Origin: Nitrospirota bacterium
GTDB lineage: Bacteria; Nitrospirota; UBA9217
Assembly: GCA_963796285.1 (NCBI GenBank)
Contig: CAWCKW010000010.1
Coordinates: 1 to 64,000, forward strand
Direction of reading: 5' to 3'
DNA length: 64,000 nucleotides
In this document: one piece after another, positions 32,607 to 43,259 of the stretch
How the letters are laid out: each line of letters opens with the position of its first letter
How positions within the stretch are numbered: the first letter of the stretch is position 1
Made by a program: the position numbers and the translations under genes
The notes under the pieces: generated by a model
Told to the model about the DNA's origin: nothing
The model's database searches: none
What the model saw: only the letters and a program-made list of their open reading frames with translations

Positions 32607-32713
32607 TTTTCACCACAGAGAGCACAGAGGGTAGCGAGAACGTCAAAAGAGTTTTTTTTGGTTAATCCTTACTCGCTTTCACACGGGTTTCCTCCGTGTC
32701 CACTGTGGTAAAA
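32607..32713. repeat. REP-like palindromic intergenic element
   Basis: TTTTCACCACAGAG...CACTGTGGTAAAA with CACAGAG units. Confidence 0.6.
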
Positions 32714-32723
32714 TCTGAATTTT

Positions 32724-35700
32724 ATGAAAATCACCGACCTCTTCATACGCCGCCCTGTTCTGGCCCTGGTGGTCAACCTGGTCATCATCATCGCCGGCCT
32801 GCAGGCGGTCCACACCCTCAACGTGCGCCAGTTCCCGCACAGCGAGAACGCCGCCGTCACCGTCACCACCATCTACGTCGGCGCTGATTCCGCCCTGGTG
32901 CGCGGCTTCGTCACGACGCCGCTGGAGCGCGCCATCGCTGCCGCGGACGGCATCGACTACATGGAATCGCAGAGCAGCCTCGGCCTTTCCACAATCAGGG
33001 TGCGCCTCAAGATCAACTACGACTCCACCAAGGCCCTGGCCGAGATCAGTTCCAAGGTCGACCAGGTGCGCCGCGACCTGCCTCCCGAGGCCGAAGTGCC
33101 GGTGATCAACATCGAGTCGGCCGACAGCCAGTTCGCCTCGGCCTATCTGAGCTTCACTTCCGACATCCTGAAGCAGAACGAGATCACCGACTACCTGGTG
33201 CGCGTCGTCCAGCCGCGACTGTCGGCCATCACCGGCGTGCAGCGGGCCGATATCCTCGGCGCCCGCACCTTTGCCATGCGGATCTGGCTCAAGCCCGAAC
33301 GGATGGCCGCCCTCAATATCAGCCCGGCCCAGGTGCGCCAGGCCCTGGCCGCGAACAACTTCCTGGCCGCCCTCGGCAGGAGCAAGGGGTCGCTCATCCA
33401 GGTCAACCTGACCGCCAATACCAACCTGCGCACCATGGACGAGTTCAAGAGCCTGGCGGTGAGAGAACAGAACGGCGCCATCGTGCGCCTGGGGGATATC
33501 GCCGACGTGGTCCTGGGCGCCGAGGACTACGACGCTGAGGTGCACTTCTCGGGGCAGACCGCCGTCTTCATGGGGATCTGGCCCCTCCCCAACGCCAACT
33601 CCATCGACGTCATCAGGCGCGTAACCACGGAGATGGCGGCGATCCAGAAAGACCTTCCGGGAGGTTTGCAGGCGCGCGTGGCCTATGACGCCACCAACTA
33701 CATCAATAACGCGATCCGCGAGGTGCTCAAGACCCTCGGCGATACGCTGCTGATCGTTGTGATCGTCATCTTCCTCTTCCTCGGCTCCTTCCGTTCGGTG
33801 GTTGTTCCGGTGGTGGCGATCCCGGTGTCGCTCATCGGCGGCGTTTTCCTGATGCAGGCCTTCGGCTTCACCGTCAACCTGCTCACCCTGCTGGCGATCG
33901 TTCTCTCGGTCGGTCTCGTGGTGGACGACGCCATCGTGGTGGTGGAGAACGTGGCGCGCCACATGGGCCTCGGGAAGTCCGCCCGCGAAGCGGCCCTGAT
34001 CGGCGCGCGCGAGCTGGTCGGGCCGATCATCGCCATGACCATCACCCTGGCGGCGGTCTACCTCCCCATCGGCCTGCAGGGAGGTCTCACCGGATCGCTC
34101 TTCCGCGAATTCGCCTTCACCCTTGCAGGGGCAGTCACCATCTCGGGGATCGTCGCCCTCACCCTCTCGCCGGTCATGTCGGCCATGTTGCTCAAGCCCG
34201 CCTCAGGGCACGGCCTGGCAGGCCGGATCACCCGCGACTTTGAGCGCCTCAAGGGTGTCTACGGTCGCCTGCTCGACGCCACCCTCCACGCCCGCCCGGC
34301 GGTCTATACGGTATGGATCGTAGTGAGCCTGCTCACCATACCTATGTTCACCATGGCCGCCAAGGAGCTTGCGCCCATGGAGGACCAGGGGGTCATCTTC
34401 GGCATCCTCGATGCCTCGGCCAATTCCACCCTCGACCAGACCAGTCGTTACGCCGCGGCGGCCAACAAGGCCTTCATGAGCGTGCCCGAGACCGCGTTTA
34501 CCTTTCAGGTCACCTTTCCCAACTCAGGTTTCCTCGGCATGGTGACCAAGCCTTGGGCCGAGCGCAAACGCACCGTGTCCCAGATTTTGCCCGAGGTGCA
34601 GAAGAAGCTCCAGGCGATCCCCGGCATCCAGATGTTCCCGGTCGCCCCGCCCGCCCTTCCTGGCGGCGGCCAGTTCCCGGTCGAGTTCATCCTGGCCTCC
34701 ACGGCCGAGACCGGGCAAATTCTCGAGTTTGCCCAAAAGCTGCAGCAGAAGGCGATGCAGAGCGGCATGTTCGCCTTCCCGCCGCTGATCGATGTCAAGA
34801 TCGACCAGCCGCAGACCGAGTTCGTCATCGATCGAGACAAGGTGGCCGCCCTCGGTCTCAGCCTGGGGCAGGTCGGCGCCGACCTGGGGGGCATGGTGGG
34901 CGGCGATTTCGTCAACCGCTTCGACATAGCAGGGCGGAGCTATAAGGTCATTCCCCAGATCCAGCGAATTGATCGCCTCAATCCGGACCAGTTGAAGAAT
35001 ATTAATGTCACCGGTCCCAACGGCAAGCTGGTGCCGCTTTCCACCGTCGCAACCCTCAGGGAGTCCGTGGTCCCCCGTTCGCTCAACCGCTTCCAGCAGC
35101 TCAACGCGGTCAAGATCAGCGGCGTGGCAATGCGGCCGCTGGACGAAGCCCTGCGTTTCCTGGAGGGCGAGGCGACGAAGATCCTCCCGAAGGGGTATGT
35201 CCTCGACTACACCGGCGAGTCGCGCCAGCTGCGCACCGAGGGGAACAAGTTCCTTCCCGCCTTCGGCCTTGCCATTGTCCTGATCTTCCTCGTGCTGGCT
35301 GCCCAGTTCAACAGCTTCCGCGACCCCTTCGTCATACTCGCCGGCTCGGTGCCGCTGGCGATCTTCGGCGCGCTCATTTTCATCTTCCTGAAGATTCCCG
35401 ACCCGAACACGCCGTTCTGGACCCACGGCTGGACCACCACGCTCAACATTTACTCTCAGGTCGGCCTGGTGACACTGGTAGGTCTCGTTGCGAAAAACGG
35501 CATCCTGATCGTCGAGTTCGCCAACAAGCTCCAGCTGCAGGGCCATAGCAAGCTCGATGCGGTACGCGAAGCGGCCATGACCCGCCTGCGGCCCATCCTG
35601 ATGACCACCGCCGCAACCATCGCCGGTCACTTTCCGCTGACCCTCGTCTCCGGCGCCGGCGCCGCTGCCCGTAACTCCATTGGTCTTGTCCTGGTGGGGG

Positions 35701-35816
35701 GCTTGTCCGTCGGCACAGTCTTCACCCTCTTCGTCGTCCCTTCCATCTATATGCTCATTGCCCGCGACCATAGCAAGGACCGCGAGCGCGAATCAGCCTT
35801 GCCGTCTGAGACCTGA
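32724..35816 (+). CDS. RND efflux permease (HAE1/AcrB family)
   Basis: FIRRPVLA, GLVVDDAIVVVEN, FREFAFTLA, KNGILIVEFA, RLRPILMT. Confidence 0.95.
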   Translation: MKITDLFIRRPVLALVVNLVIIIAGLQAVHTLNVRQFPHSENAAVTVTTIYVGADSALVRGFVTTPLERAIAAADGIDYMESQSSLGLSTIRVRLKINYDSTKALAEISSKVDQVRRDLPPEAEVPVINIESADSQFASAYLSFTSDILKQNEITDYLVRVVQPRLSAITGVQRADILGARTFAMRIWLKPERMAALNISPAQVRQALAANNFLAALGRSKGSLIQVNLTANTNLRTMDEFKSLAVREQNGAIVRLGDIADVVLGAEDYDAEVHFSGQTAVFMGIWPLPNANSIDVIRRVTTEMAAIQKDLPGGLQARVAYDATNYINNAIREVLKTLGDTLLIVVIVIFLFLGSFRSVVVPVVAIPVSLIGGVFLMQAFGFTVNLLTLLAIVLSVGLVVDDAIVVVENVARHMGLGKSAREAALIGARELVGPIIAMTITLAAVYLPIGLQGGLTGSLFREFAFTLAGAVTISGIVALTLSPVMSAMLLKPASGHGLAGRITRDFERLKGVYGRLLDATLHARPAVYTVWIVVSLLTIPMFTMAAKELAPMEDQGVIFGILDASANSTLDQTSRYAAAANKAFMSVPETAFTFQVTFPNSGFLGMVTKPWAERKRTVSQILPEVQKKLQAIPGIQMFPVAPPALPGGGQFPVEFILASTAETGQILEFAQKLQQKAMQSGMFAFPPLIDVKIDQPQTEFVIDRDKVAALGLSLGQVGADLGGMVGGDFVNRFDIAGRSYKVIPQIQRIDRLNPDQLKNINVTGPNGKLVPLSTVATLRESVVPRSLNRFQQLNAVKISGVAMRPLDEALRFLEGEATKILPKGYVLDYTGESRQLRTEGNKFLPAFGLAIVLIFLVLAAQFNSFRDPFVILAGSVPLAIFGALIFIFLKIPDPNTPFWTHGWTTTLNIYSQVGLVTLVGLVAKNGILIVEFANKLQLQGHSKLDAVREAAMTRLRPILMTTAATIAGHFPLTLVSGAGAAARNSIGLVLVGGLSVGTVFTLFVVPSIYMLIARDHSKDRERESALPSET

Positions 35817-36061
35817 CCGGACAAACTGAAACCGATTAAGCCAGCCTGCTCCGCGTCTCTCACAAACGGTACGACGTGATGTATACCTCTCTCCTCGAAA
35901 TATCCGCTGATCACCACACAAGACTCTCGATCCTCCACAGGGCCAGTCCTGGCAATGTTCAGGCGTTCTCATAATTGATGGGTAGTCAATCCGCAGGGCC
36001 TCGCAAAAGCCGCGACGGGCGCTGCGCCTATTACGCATGCCTTGTCTGAGTGCGGTCAAAA

Positions 36062-36593
36062 GAATTAATAGAAACTTCACCTCCTCTTAATACTCCTGCA
36101 ATACCTCTCCTGTATCATCGGTTCGATACTACCTGACAAACGCTCCAGCAAGATCGCGGGACGTCCCATGAGGAACAGCGGCGGAGTGCTGCTTACAATC
36201 AGCTAAGGAGGAAGATATGAATCAGATCATCATCAAGATAGAGAGCGGAGTTGTTGCCGACGTCTATTTCACGGAACCGGTCAACGTAACCATCGTTGAT
36301 CACGACGTCATCGAAGGAGGAGAAACGTTTGAGGGTCGAATGAAAAAGGCGGTCTTGTCCATGACCCCCGATCAGCGCGTCAGGCCAGAGGAAATAGAAC
36401 AGGTGGTCAAGAGGCTGGTGCTCGAATGCAGGCGGCCCGCGGACAGGCGACAGCCTGGGCGGATCATGATCAATGTTGAAGCAGCGGCATAAGCGACCGC
36501 CTTTTCGTCCATTCCAAGTGGACAGGTTATGAAAATCATTTAACCAAAATTTAACTTTTCGTTAATACGGGTGTAACGAGGACATTGTATGAT
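36062..36593 (+). repeat. Triplicated cassette copy 1: Pho array + 91-aa ORF + Pho array
   Basis: Homologous to 52208-52729 and 58783-59355; arrays start at 36065 (TTAATA/TTCACC/TTAATA/GCAATA, TATCAT) and 36540 (TTAACC/TTAACT/TTAATA/GTAACG, TATGAT). Confidence 0.88.
36217..36492 (+). CDS. Hypothetical 91-aa protein, copy 1 of 3
   Basis: RBS AAGGAGG; MNQIIIKIESGVVADVYFTEPVNVTIVDHDVIEGG; near-identical paralogs elsewhere in the window. Confidence 0.85.
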   Translation: MNQIIIKIESGVVADVYFTEPVNVTIVDHDVIEGGETFEGRMKKAVLSMTPDQRVRPEEIEQVVKRLVLECRRPADRRQPGRIMINVEAAA

Positions 36594-36630
36594 CTCATCA
36601 TACTTTTTTGGGCTAATAACGACAGTGAAA

Positions 36631-36746
36631 ATGTTGAATCTCAAATGTCCACTGTGCGCCTCTGAAGCGGTTTATAAATATGGTCATGTAAAAAACAAAA
36701 AAAGCACCTCACATGCGTATTGCGCTGAAGATAGTTTCTCGGCTTC
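36631..36746 (+). pseudogene. Decayed copy of the Zn-ribbon gene at 40765
   Basis: CPLCASEAVYKYGH, then a frameshift and TGA/TAG where the intact copy has GGA/CAG; shares TGCGCCTCTGAAGCGGTTTATAAATA. Confidence 0.75.
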
Positions 36747-36793
36747 ACCTCAAGGTCAATACCTACTGAAACAGGAAATGAGGAGCGTGCGTT

Positions 36794-37615
36794 ATGATCA
36801 CTCTGGAGAATATAAGCGTAACCTACCCCGGCGGGATCAAGGCGCTGCTCCCCACCTCGGTTAGGTTCAAGCAGGGGCAATTCACTGTGCTGCTGGGACC
36901 GTCGGGTGCGGGAAAGTCCACGTTGCTCCGGAGCATCAATTACCTCTGCAGGCCGACGACCGGGATGATATTCGTCGATGGTCTCGGTCCGCTGGCCGAT
37001 GGCAAGATACTGCGCGAGTCCCGGCGGCGGACAGGAATGATATTTCAGCATCATCAACTCCTTGGCAGGTTGACTGCCCTCAGCAATGTAATCATCGGTC
37101 GTTTGGGCTACCATTCGACATTGCGCAGCCTCCTGCCCCTTCCGCATTGTGAACTCGTTATCGGTCTGGAAAGCCTCGACCGTGTCGGACTGCTACACAA
37201 GGCATTGGAGCGGGCCGACGCATTGAGCGGCGGCGAACAACAGCGGGTCGGCATAGCGCGGGCGCTTGCCCAACACCCAAAGCTCATCCTCGCCGATGAG
37301 CCCGTGGCAAGCCTGGACCCCGCAACGTCCGCAATGGTGCTGTCCCTTCTCTATTCGGTATGCGAGCAGGAGAACATTACGGCCATCGTCAGCCTGCACC
37401 AGGTGGAACTGGCCCGGACCTTTGCCGACCGGGTTCTCGGCGTTTCGCGAGGAAAGATCGTGTTCGACGGCGGTCCGGAGGATCTGACGCCGGACGCGCT
37501 GTCCGTAATCTACAACACACCAATACCACAGAACGAGAACGCATACTGCGTTGGAGCAGCGGAACGCGCTGCGTCCGATCAGGCGCCGGTCTCAATGGCA
37601 TTCACTACACTCTAA
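36794..37615 (+). CDS. ptxA: Phosphite ABC transporter ATPase (PhnC family)
   Basis: [54 protein letters not shown]. Confidence 0.9.
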   Translation: MITLENISVTYPGGIKALLPTSVRFKQGQFTVLLGPSGAGKSTLLRSINYLCRPTTGMIFVDGLGPLADGKILRESRRRTGMIFQHHQLLGRLTALSNVIIGRLGYHSTLRSLLPLPHCELVIGLESLDRVGLLHKALERADALSGGEQQRVGIARALAQHPKLILADEPVASLDPATSAMVLSLLYSVCEQENITAIVSLHQVELARTFADRVLGVSRGKIVFDGGPEDLTPDALSVIYNTPIPQNENAYCVGAAERAASDQAPVSMAFTTL

Positions 37616-38497
<882 letters not shown>

Positions 38498-38505
38498 TGG
38501 TAATC

Positions 38506-39315
38506 ATGTCGACCAGCGTCGAACACCAGTTCAGCCAGGTCATCGCGGCTCAGCGGCGGTCCTGGCAACGCACCCTGACGCTCGGCGCGGCAGTCACGGC
38601 CGTAATCGTACTTTGCTCATGGTTCGTCGGGCTTTTTGACGCTCGTCGGCTGATGGAAGGCGTACCCAGCATCTTGGGCCTGATGCGGGAGGGGTTTCCA
38701 CCGAACTTCAGGGATGCGGGAACATGGATCAAACCCCTTTTCGATACAGTAGCCATGAGCATCGGCGGCACTGCGCTCGCCGTCCTGCTGTCTTTTCCCC
38801 TTGCCCTGTGCGCGGCGTCCAATACATCGCCGCACCCGCTCGTTTACTCTGCGGCGCGAGGTGTGCTGAACCTGCTCCGTTCCATTCCGGAGTTGATCAT
38901 GGGCATAGTGTTCGTTGCCGCGGTCGGCTTCGGCGCTTTGCCCGGCGTCCTCGCGCTGGGGCTGCATTCGATCGGAATGGTCGGCAAATTCTATGCCGAG
39001 GCGATCGAGCTCGTCAATAAGGAGCCGGTGGAAGCGGTGCGCGCTGCGGGCGCGAGAAAGCTTCAAGTAATCTTCCACGGCATCCTGCCCCAGGTGCTTC
39101 CCCAGATGGCCGACGTATCCATTTACCGCTGGGAATATAACTTTCGTGCCTCGACCGTCATGGGCATGGTCGGTGCGGGCGGCATCGGCTTCGAGCTGAT
39201 GGCGTCACTCAGGATCATGCAGTACCAGGATGTTTCAGCAATCCTGCTCGTCATCCTGCTGATGGTCACACTCGTAGACCGCCTTGGTTCTGCATTGCGA
39301 AGGAAGTTCAAATAA
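38506..39315 (+). CDS. ptxC: Phosphite ABC permease (PhnE family)
   Basis: [43 protein letters not shown]. Confidence 0.9.
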   Translation: MSTSVEHQFSQVIAAQRRSWQRTLTLGAAVTAVIVLCSWFVGLFDARRLMEGVPSILGLMREGFPPNFRDAGTWIKPLFDTVAMSIGGTALAVLLSFPLALCAASNTSPHPLVYSAARGVLNLLRSIPELIMGIVFVAAVGFGALPGVLALGLHSIGMVGKFYAEAIELVNKEPVEAVRAAGARKLQVIFHGILPQVLPQMADVSIYRWEYNFRASTVMGMVGAGGIGFELMASLRIMQYQDVSAILLVILLMVTLVDRLGSALRRKFK

Positions 39316-39337
39316 TTTTGAACGGAGAAAAAAGAGC

Positions 39338-40399
39338 ATGAGACCAAAAGTAGTTATCACCGAATGGGTACACCCCGAAGTCATCGAACGTTTACAAAGG
39401 GAGTGCGACGTTGTTCCCAACGATACACGGGATACGCTGTCGCGTGAGGAGCTTTTACATCGCGCTTCGAATGCACAGGCCATCATGGCATTCATGACCG
39501 ACCGCATTGATAATGACTTTCTCTCCTTATGTCCCGAACTGAAGGTTATAAGCGCCGCGCTCAAGGGCTATGACAATTTCGACGTAGATGCCTGCACCAG
39601 GAGAGGAATCTGGTTCACCATCGTCCCCGACCTTCTCACCATCCCCACAGCAGAACTGGCGATCGGCCTCCTCATTGGCCTCGGCCGTCATGTACTCGAG
39701 GGTGACCGTTTCATAAGGAGCTGCGCGTTCAAGGGCTGGCGGCCGCAACTGTACGGAACGGGCCTCGCGGGCCGGACGCTCGGTATCATCGGGATGGGTG
39801 CAGTAGGACAGGCGGTCGCCCAACGCCTGGCCGGGTTCGGTATGCGCGCTTTGACCTACAATGATCCGGTTCGGCTTCCCCTGGAGACCGAGGAGGCGTT
39901 GCGGCTGTCGCCGACGTCCTTCGAGGAAGTGATGGCGACGAGCGACTTCGTCCTCCCGCTCACACCCCTGACTCCTGCGACCAGGCATCTTATCGGCCGA
40001 CAGGAGATCGCCATGATGATGCGAGGAAGCTATTTGGTGAACGTGTGCCGCGGTTCCGTCGTGGACGAGCAGGCGGTTGCTGAGGCGCTCGCCGACGGCC
40101 ATTTAGCAGGGTATGCCGCCGATGCCTTCGAGCTGGAGGACTGGGCTCTCGACGACCGTCCCCGCATAATCGCACCCGCACTCCTTACCGACGACTCTCA
40201 CACCCTGTTCACTCCGCATATCGGATCCGCAGTCGACGACGTCCGGCGCGAGATCGCTATGCAAGCAGCACAGAATATACTCCAGGCGATGAACGGTGAA
40301 ACGCCGGCGGGTGCGTTGAATGATCCGATGGTGACTACAGGCAAAGGCCTCCCCGGCCTTTACAAGAGCATTGGAGCGGCCTGTTCTCGCTCACGATAG
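39338..40399 (+). CDS. ptxD: NAD-dependent phosphite dehydrogenase
   Basis: [74 protein letters not shown] (catalytic R/E/H present). Confidence 0.93.
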   Translation: MRPKVVITEWVHPEVIERLQRECDVVPNDTRDTLSREELLHRASNAQAIMAFMTDRIDNDFLSLCPELKVISAALKGYDNFDVDACTRRGIWFTIVPDLLTIPTAELAIGLLIGLGRHVLEGDRFIRSCAFKGWRPQLYGTGLAGRTLGIIGMGAVGQAVAQRLAGFGMRALTYNDPVRLPLETEEALRLSPTSFEEVMATSDFVLPLTPLTPATRHLIGRQEIAMMMRGSYLVNVCRGSVVDEQAVAEALADGHLAGYAADAFELEDWALDDRPRIIAPALLTDDSHTLFTPHIGSAVDDVRREIAMQAAQNILQAMNGETPAGALNDPMVTTGKGLPGLYKSIGAACSRSR

Positions 40400-40686
40400 A
40401 GCGGCCCGGCGGTGCTATCCGTCTGCGCGGTCTTAACAAGGGGTATATGCCTTTCTCTGCATCGAATATCGGCGGCGATTCGGTCGTCGAGGTCCTGCAT
40501 GAGCTCTTTAGCCCTATTTTGGACTCGGTGCCGGATCGCAATGCCTAACTTCGAACATGCAACTCCCGGTGACACTCGGAATGGCGGCCTATTGCTGCTC
40601 GGATGATAATGATCGATGTCGATGCAGCGGCGTAATCGAAGATCCTTTACGTCCATTGCCGAAGGGAACGGATCATGATAAAAGAT

Positions 40687-40740
40687 TTAACACAATCTTA
40701 ACATTCCCGTAATACGGGTGAAATAATGAGTAGGTATAAT
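40687..40740 (+). promoter_or_regulatory. Pho-box array (4 x 11 bp) plus -10
   Basis: TTAACA/TTAACA/GTAATA/GAAATA; TATAAT at 40735. Confidence 0.8.
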
Positions 40741-40764
40741 CAGTTTAATTAATTTGGATACGTT

Positions 40765-41088
40765 ATGAAGATTATAAAAATGACCAAGAAAACAGACAAT
40801 CTCACCTGTCCGGCTTGCGCCTCTGAAGCGGTTTATAAATACGGCCATATCAACAACGGCAAGCAGCGTCTCAGATGCATTTTGTGCGGAAGACAGTTTG
40901 TTCTCGGCTTTGCGAGGCATGAATTGGAGAAGCGTCCAACCTGTCCCCAATGCGGCTTCAAGATGCACCTTTACATGCATGATAAAAAAGCGATTCGATT
41001 CAGGTGCTCAGAATATCCTGTTTGCAAATCGTATATAAAAATCCCCTTCAAGAAGGAGGTCTCATCTCATGAACTGCTACGTGCATAA
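40765..41088 (+). CDS. Double Zn-ribbon protein (IS1 InsA-like N-terminal ribbon plus topoisomerase C4-like ribbon)
   Basis: CPAC..VYKYGH..NGKQRLRCILCGRQF; CPQCG...FRCSEYPVC; no DDE domain adjacent. Confidence 0.75.
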   Translation: MKIIKMTKKTDNLTCPACASEAVYKYGHINNGKQRLRCILCGRQFVLGFARHELEKRPTCPQCGFKMHLYMHDKKAIRFRCSEYPVCKSYIKIPFKKEVSSHELLRA

Positions 41089-41440
41089 TGTGCCGGGAAG
41101 ACTGCGGATAAAAAGTTCCTTGTTCAAAAAAAGCTCAGTCCACTATGAGGTTCGAAAAGCCCTCGTGGATATGGGTCATGGTATCGGAACCGCTGAATTC
41201 AATCCAACCACAGGCAGTCTTTTGATTCACTATGATCACAAAGAGGTCTGTCATCAGGACATCCTGCGCACCCTGGAGCATGCCGGCTTCTATCATCCCG
41301 ACAAAAAGATCACGAACGACCAGGTAATCCACCGGGCGACGTCCAAAGCATTCAACGTGGTGGCCAAGGCGGTATCCGGAGCTTTCATTGAAACGGCCCT
41401 TCAGGGTTCGGGCTTATCATTTCTGGCTTTATTGCTCTAA
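41069..41440 (+). CDS. HMA2-domain protein
   Basis: YVHNVPGRLRIK, FNPTTGSLLIHYD; hydrophobic C-terminus; RBS AAGGAGG. Confidence 0.8.
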   Translation: MNCYVHNVPGRLRIKSSLFKKSSVHYEVRKALVDMGHGIGTAEFNPTTGSLLIHYDHKEVCHQDILRTLEHAGFYHPDKKITNDQVIHRATSKAFNVVAKAVSGAFIETALQGSGLSFLALLL

Positions 41441-42004
41441 CACAAAGTCCATCTATTCCTTTTCCCAGCATGCACCAGGATCGACGCTGCTCTACTCTCA
41501 TTTTCACGGAGTTGAGACAGGCAGTAAACACGAATGCATCGAATACAAGAACCATACTCATCATGCCATCCTCTCCTCCGTTTCTTATTCGCTGCTACGT
41601 ATGAATGCACTCCCGTGGTGTTCAGCCATATCCCGTTAGAAGTCATCCAGCGCGCGCTTGAGCTTTGAGCGATGAGCCTTTTTCAATTCCGGCGGGAGCT
41701 TGACGACTTTTATGCCCCATTCCTCATTTGATTATGCCTGCCTCTGTTAAGCCCTCACACGTACACGAAAAAAGAGAAGGGGCAGCTATTCTTCAAGATC
41801 ACTTCGTCTGCCTGTCTTTGGTTATATGCACAGGTTGCCGGGAAAGATGTCGCGGATTTTTGAATCAGTAAGCATTCTATCGAAGCTAGACTTAGTTATA
41901 TTTCATTACTTGCGCGTACCGCATCCCGGCATTAGCTTTCCCTTGTGGATTTGCAAGGTCCGATTCATTTACAAGTTCAAAACCGCTATCGGGATCGAGT
42001 CTGT

Positions 42005-42265
42005 TCACAACTCCCGCGAATGGCCCCTCCTGCTTTCTATGTCAGTCGTCGGCGTAGTATCCCGCAGCAGGTCTTTGACGCGCTTTGAGACAAGTGCAGA
42101 GAGAAAGTATTTGATCCGTGCGGTCCGCGAATAGTGCCTCAGCACCATCTGGTAAATGGTCGTAACACGCTCCTTTGGCCGCTTCAGGCTCTGCGCGAGG
42201 TTTTCGACCGCGATCTCGTGATGTCGTGGGCCCGCTTCAATGTCTTGGAGAATGCGTTTGTTCAT
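42005..42265 (-). CDS. DUF3562-like three-helix protein
   Basis: HEIAVENLAQSL...VTTIYQMVLRHYSRTARIKYFLSALVSKRVKDLL aligns with 30527..30757. Confidence 0.65.
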   Translation of the reverse strand: MNKRILQDIEAGPRHHEIAVENLAQSLKRPKERVTTIYQMVLRHYSRTARIKYFLSALVSKRVKDLLRDTTPTTDIESRRGHSREL

Positions 42266-42322
42266 GTTGTGTTCCCCCTTCCTCATCCTTGGCTTTTCAC
42301 CAACAGGCTGCGGGTCATAAAA

Positions 42323-43231
42323 TCAGTCCTTTTGGTAGTCCGGAGTGAGCGCATCGTGCGCCACTGTTGTTGCTTCGTGCTGCCGTGTTTCATATCCCTC
42401 TAAGTAAATGTCGAATAAACCGAATTTCTCCCTCAGCATGTTCTTCATCAGCCTGATGGTTTCACGGCCATTTCCCGATCCGTTCGTCCTGATCCTTGCA
42501 ACGAGGATCACCTTCTCCGGTGAAAGACCCCAGATATGCATATCCTTTACATGATGTATTTCAGGGAACGATCGCTGCAGAAAGCTGGAAACTTCGTCGA
42601 CATCGATCCTGGCAGGACTCCCCTCCATCAGGATCTTAACGCTGTCCCTGATCAAGAAAAAGGTCGGATAGGCAGCCAGGCAGCCGATCAGGATGCCGGC
42701 AAGGGGGTCCACAACATAAAGGTGGGTATATCGTATGATGATGGCGGAACCGATGACACCGACCGAGCCCAGGGTATCGTTCAGGATCAGGAGCAGGGCC
42801 CCTTTTATGTTCACGTCCTTTGAATACCTATACAGTTGAACGAGACCGAAGAGGTTCGCGAAGAGGCCCAGAACGGCAATGACGAGGACTTTATCCGCTT
42901 CAATGGGTTGCGGGTGCAGGATCTTCTGGAAGGCTTCCGTGAAAACATAGAACAGGATGAAGCCAACGAGCATCCCGTTGAACAGGCCGGACAGCACTTT
43001 CGCGCGCTCGTACCCGAAGGTATTGACCTTGTCCGGCTGTCTGCGGGCCAGCCTGGTCACCCAGAGCGCGATGATCTGCCCCGAGATATTGACGGCCATG
43101 AACGACGCGTCGGTCACGAGGGCGATGCTGTGATAATAGAGCCCCCCGAACAATTCTACGAAGAAATAGGCGATTGTTACGACAAGAACGAGCGTCTGGC
43201 CTGTTACGTGCTTTTCCTCAGTTTCATGCAT
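42323..43231 (-). CDS. Cation diffusion facilitator (CzcD/ZitB-like) with atypical metal site
   Basis: FFVELFGG...SIALVTDASFMAVN, TFGYERAKVL, NIKGALLLILNDTLGS, LMEGSP, DMHIW. Confidence 0.88.
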   Translation of the reverse strand: MHETEEKHVTGQTLVLVVTIAYFFVELFGGLYYHSIALVTDASFMAVNISGQIIALWVTRLARRQPDKVNTFGYERAKVLSGLFNGMLVGFILFYVFTEAFQKILHPQPIEADKVLVIAVLGLFANLFGLVQLYRYSKDVNIKGALLLILNDTLGSVGVIGSAIIIRYTHLYVVDPLAGILIGCLAAYPTFFLIRDSVKILMEGSPARIDVDEVSSFLQRSFPEIHHVKDMHIWGLSPEKVILVARIRTNGSGNGRETIRLMKNMLREKFGLFDIYLEGYETRQHEATTVAHDALTPDYQKD

Positions 43232-43259
43232 GGTTCGCCGGCCCTTCAGTATGCCTGCC

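Noticed and set aside
40360-40656. 98-aa minus-strand ORF after ptxD as a ptxE-like regulator
   Set aside because: No LysR HTH or other recognisable motif, and it overlaps the ptxD end
40765-41088. Active IS1 element
   Set aside because: No InsB/DDE domain, terminal inverted repeats or target duplication seen
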